Assembly: GCA_020721325.1 (NCBI GenBank)
Contig: DYNA01000002.1
Location: 7,037 to 71,036 of the forward strand
Reading direction: 5' to 3'
DNA length: 64,000 nt
Source of the DNA: Paludibacter propionicigenes
GTDB lineage: Bacteria > Bacteroidota > Bacteroidia > Bacteroidales > JAIFNL01
The notes below the pieces were generated by a model that saw only the letters and a list, made by a program, of their open reading frames with translations, had not been told where the DNA came from and ran no database searches. Positions 63,490 through 64,000 of the stretch are shown here, one piece after another; position 1 is the first letter of the stretch; each line of letters starts with the position of its first letter. Made by a program: the position numbers and the translations under genes.

Positions 63490-64000
63490 ATGAAAGTTAA
63501 ATTTAAAAAAGGGTTTAGTTGGATTTTTGCTGTCGTATTAGTCATTGGCACAAGTACTTACCAAAAACGTACAGGACCTACATATCCAAAAAGCGAAGAA
63601 TTGAAAATTGAAAGCTCAACATTAAAATTTGAATTGCTTCGCACGCATGGAGGAACAGAAAATTGCAAATATCAAATTCCGGTAGGCAAAGAAATTACCG
63701 GAAAACTTTATTACAGAGTTTATCCTACCAAGAGTGAATTTACTGTGGTAGAGCTAAAGAACATCAACGATAGTTTACAAATTGAATTACCACATCAACC
63801 GCCTGCCGGAAAACTGGAATATTTTTTGGAACTTATTCACAACAACAATTCGTATTTCGTGAATAAAGACCAACCGATAATTATTCGGTTCAAAGGAGAT
63901 GTACCCAACTCTATACTTATTCCGCACATTATTTTTATGTTTTTTGGACTGTTATTTGTTGTAATATCAGCACTTTACAGTTTATATAATTTTCCAGAAT
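63490..64000 (+). CDS. Hypothetical membrane protein, 3' end outside the window
   Basis: ATG at 63490, 4 nt after the M28 stop codon. The frame is open to the window end (170 codons read by hand, no stop). It has an N-terminal TM helix (FSWIFAVVLVIGT) and a second hydrophobic segment at the end. It is absent from the ORF track because no stop codon is reached. Confidence 0.6.
   Translation, partial: MKVKFKKGFSWIFAVVLVIGTSTYQKRTGPTYPKSEELKIESSTLKFELLRTHGGTENCKYQIPVGKEITGKLYYRVYPTKSEFTVVELKNINDSLQIELPHQPPAGKLEYFLELIHNNNSYFVNKDQPIIIRFKGDVPNSILIPHIIFMFFGLLFVVISALYSLYNFPE

Overview
Visibly AT-rich, gene-dense 64-kb chromosomal segment; GC content and codon statistics were not computed. It most likely comes from a member of the Bacteroidota. 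The support is a T9SS-type C-terminal sorting domain, DUF1573/DUF5683-like genes, nusB-DUF1573-yajC-ybbR-coaE synteny, and several TAnnTTTG -7 promoter boxes. I call about 50 CDS, most of them on the minus strand. They include rny, zapA, groES, parAB, ybaB, aat, coaE, yajC, nusB, asnB and trkH. There is also an MBOAT/SGNH O-acetylation cluster beside two LysM lytic transglycosylases, a fadR-glpD-AGPS-like-FGGY lipid/glycerol cluster, and a LytTR two-component system next to secreted beta-helix and T9SS proteins. I saw no rRNA, tRNA, CRISPR array, transposase, integrase or phage structural genes. One GC-richer structured RNA downstream of zapA is a 6S RNA candidate. The most unusual part is a 14-kb same-strand array (47.5-61.5 kb). 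It joins an effector-less nSTAND1-like NTPase/WD40 protein, a TonB-dependent receptor with a TPR-like extension, an orphan HMGL-like enzyme, a small outer-membrane barrel, a transporter-HEAT-cNMP-like fusion and a periplasmic propeller-SpoIIE phosphatase. Other observations are a conserved ~120-nt intergenic element present twice, a tandem palindrome upstream of a csp gene, recurrent T-run/AT/A-run palindromes, and a lytic transglycosylase paralogue lacking the catalytic Glu. All family assignments rest on motifs read from the translations, not on database searches.
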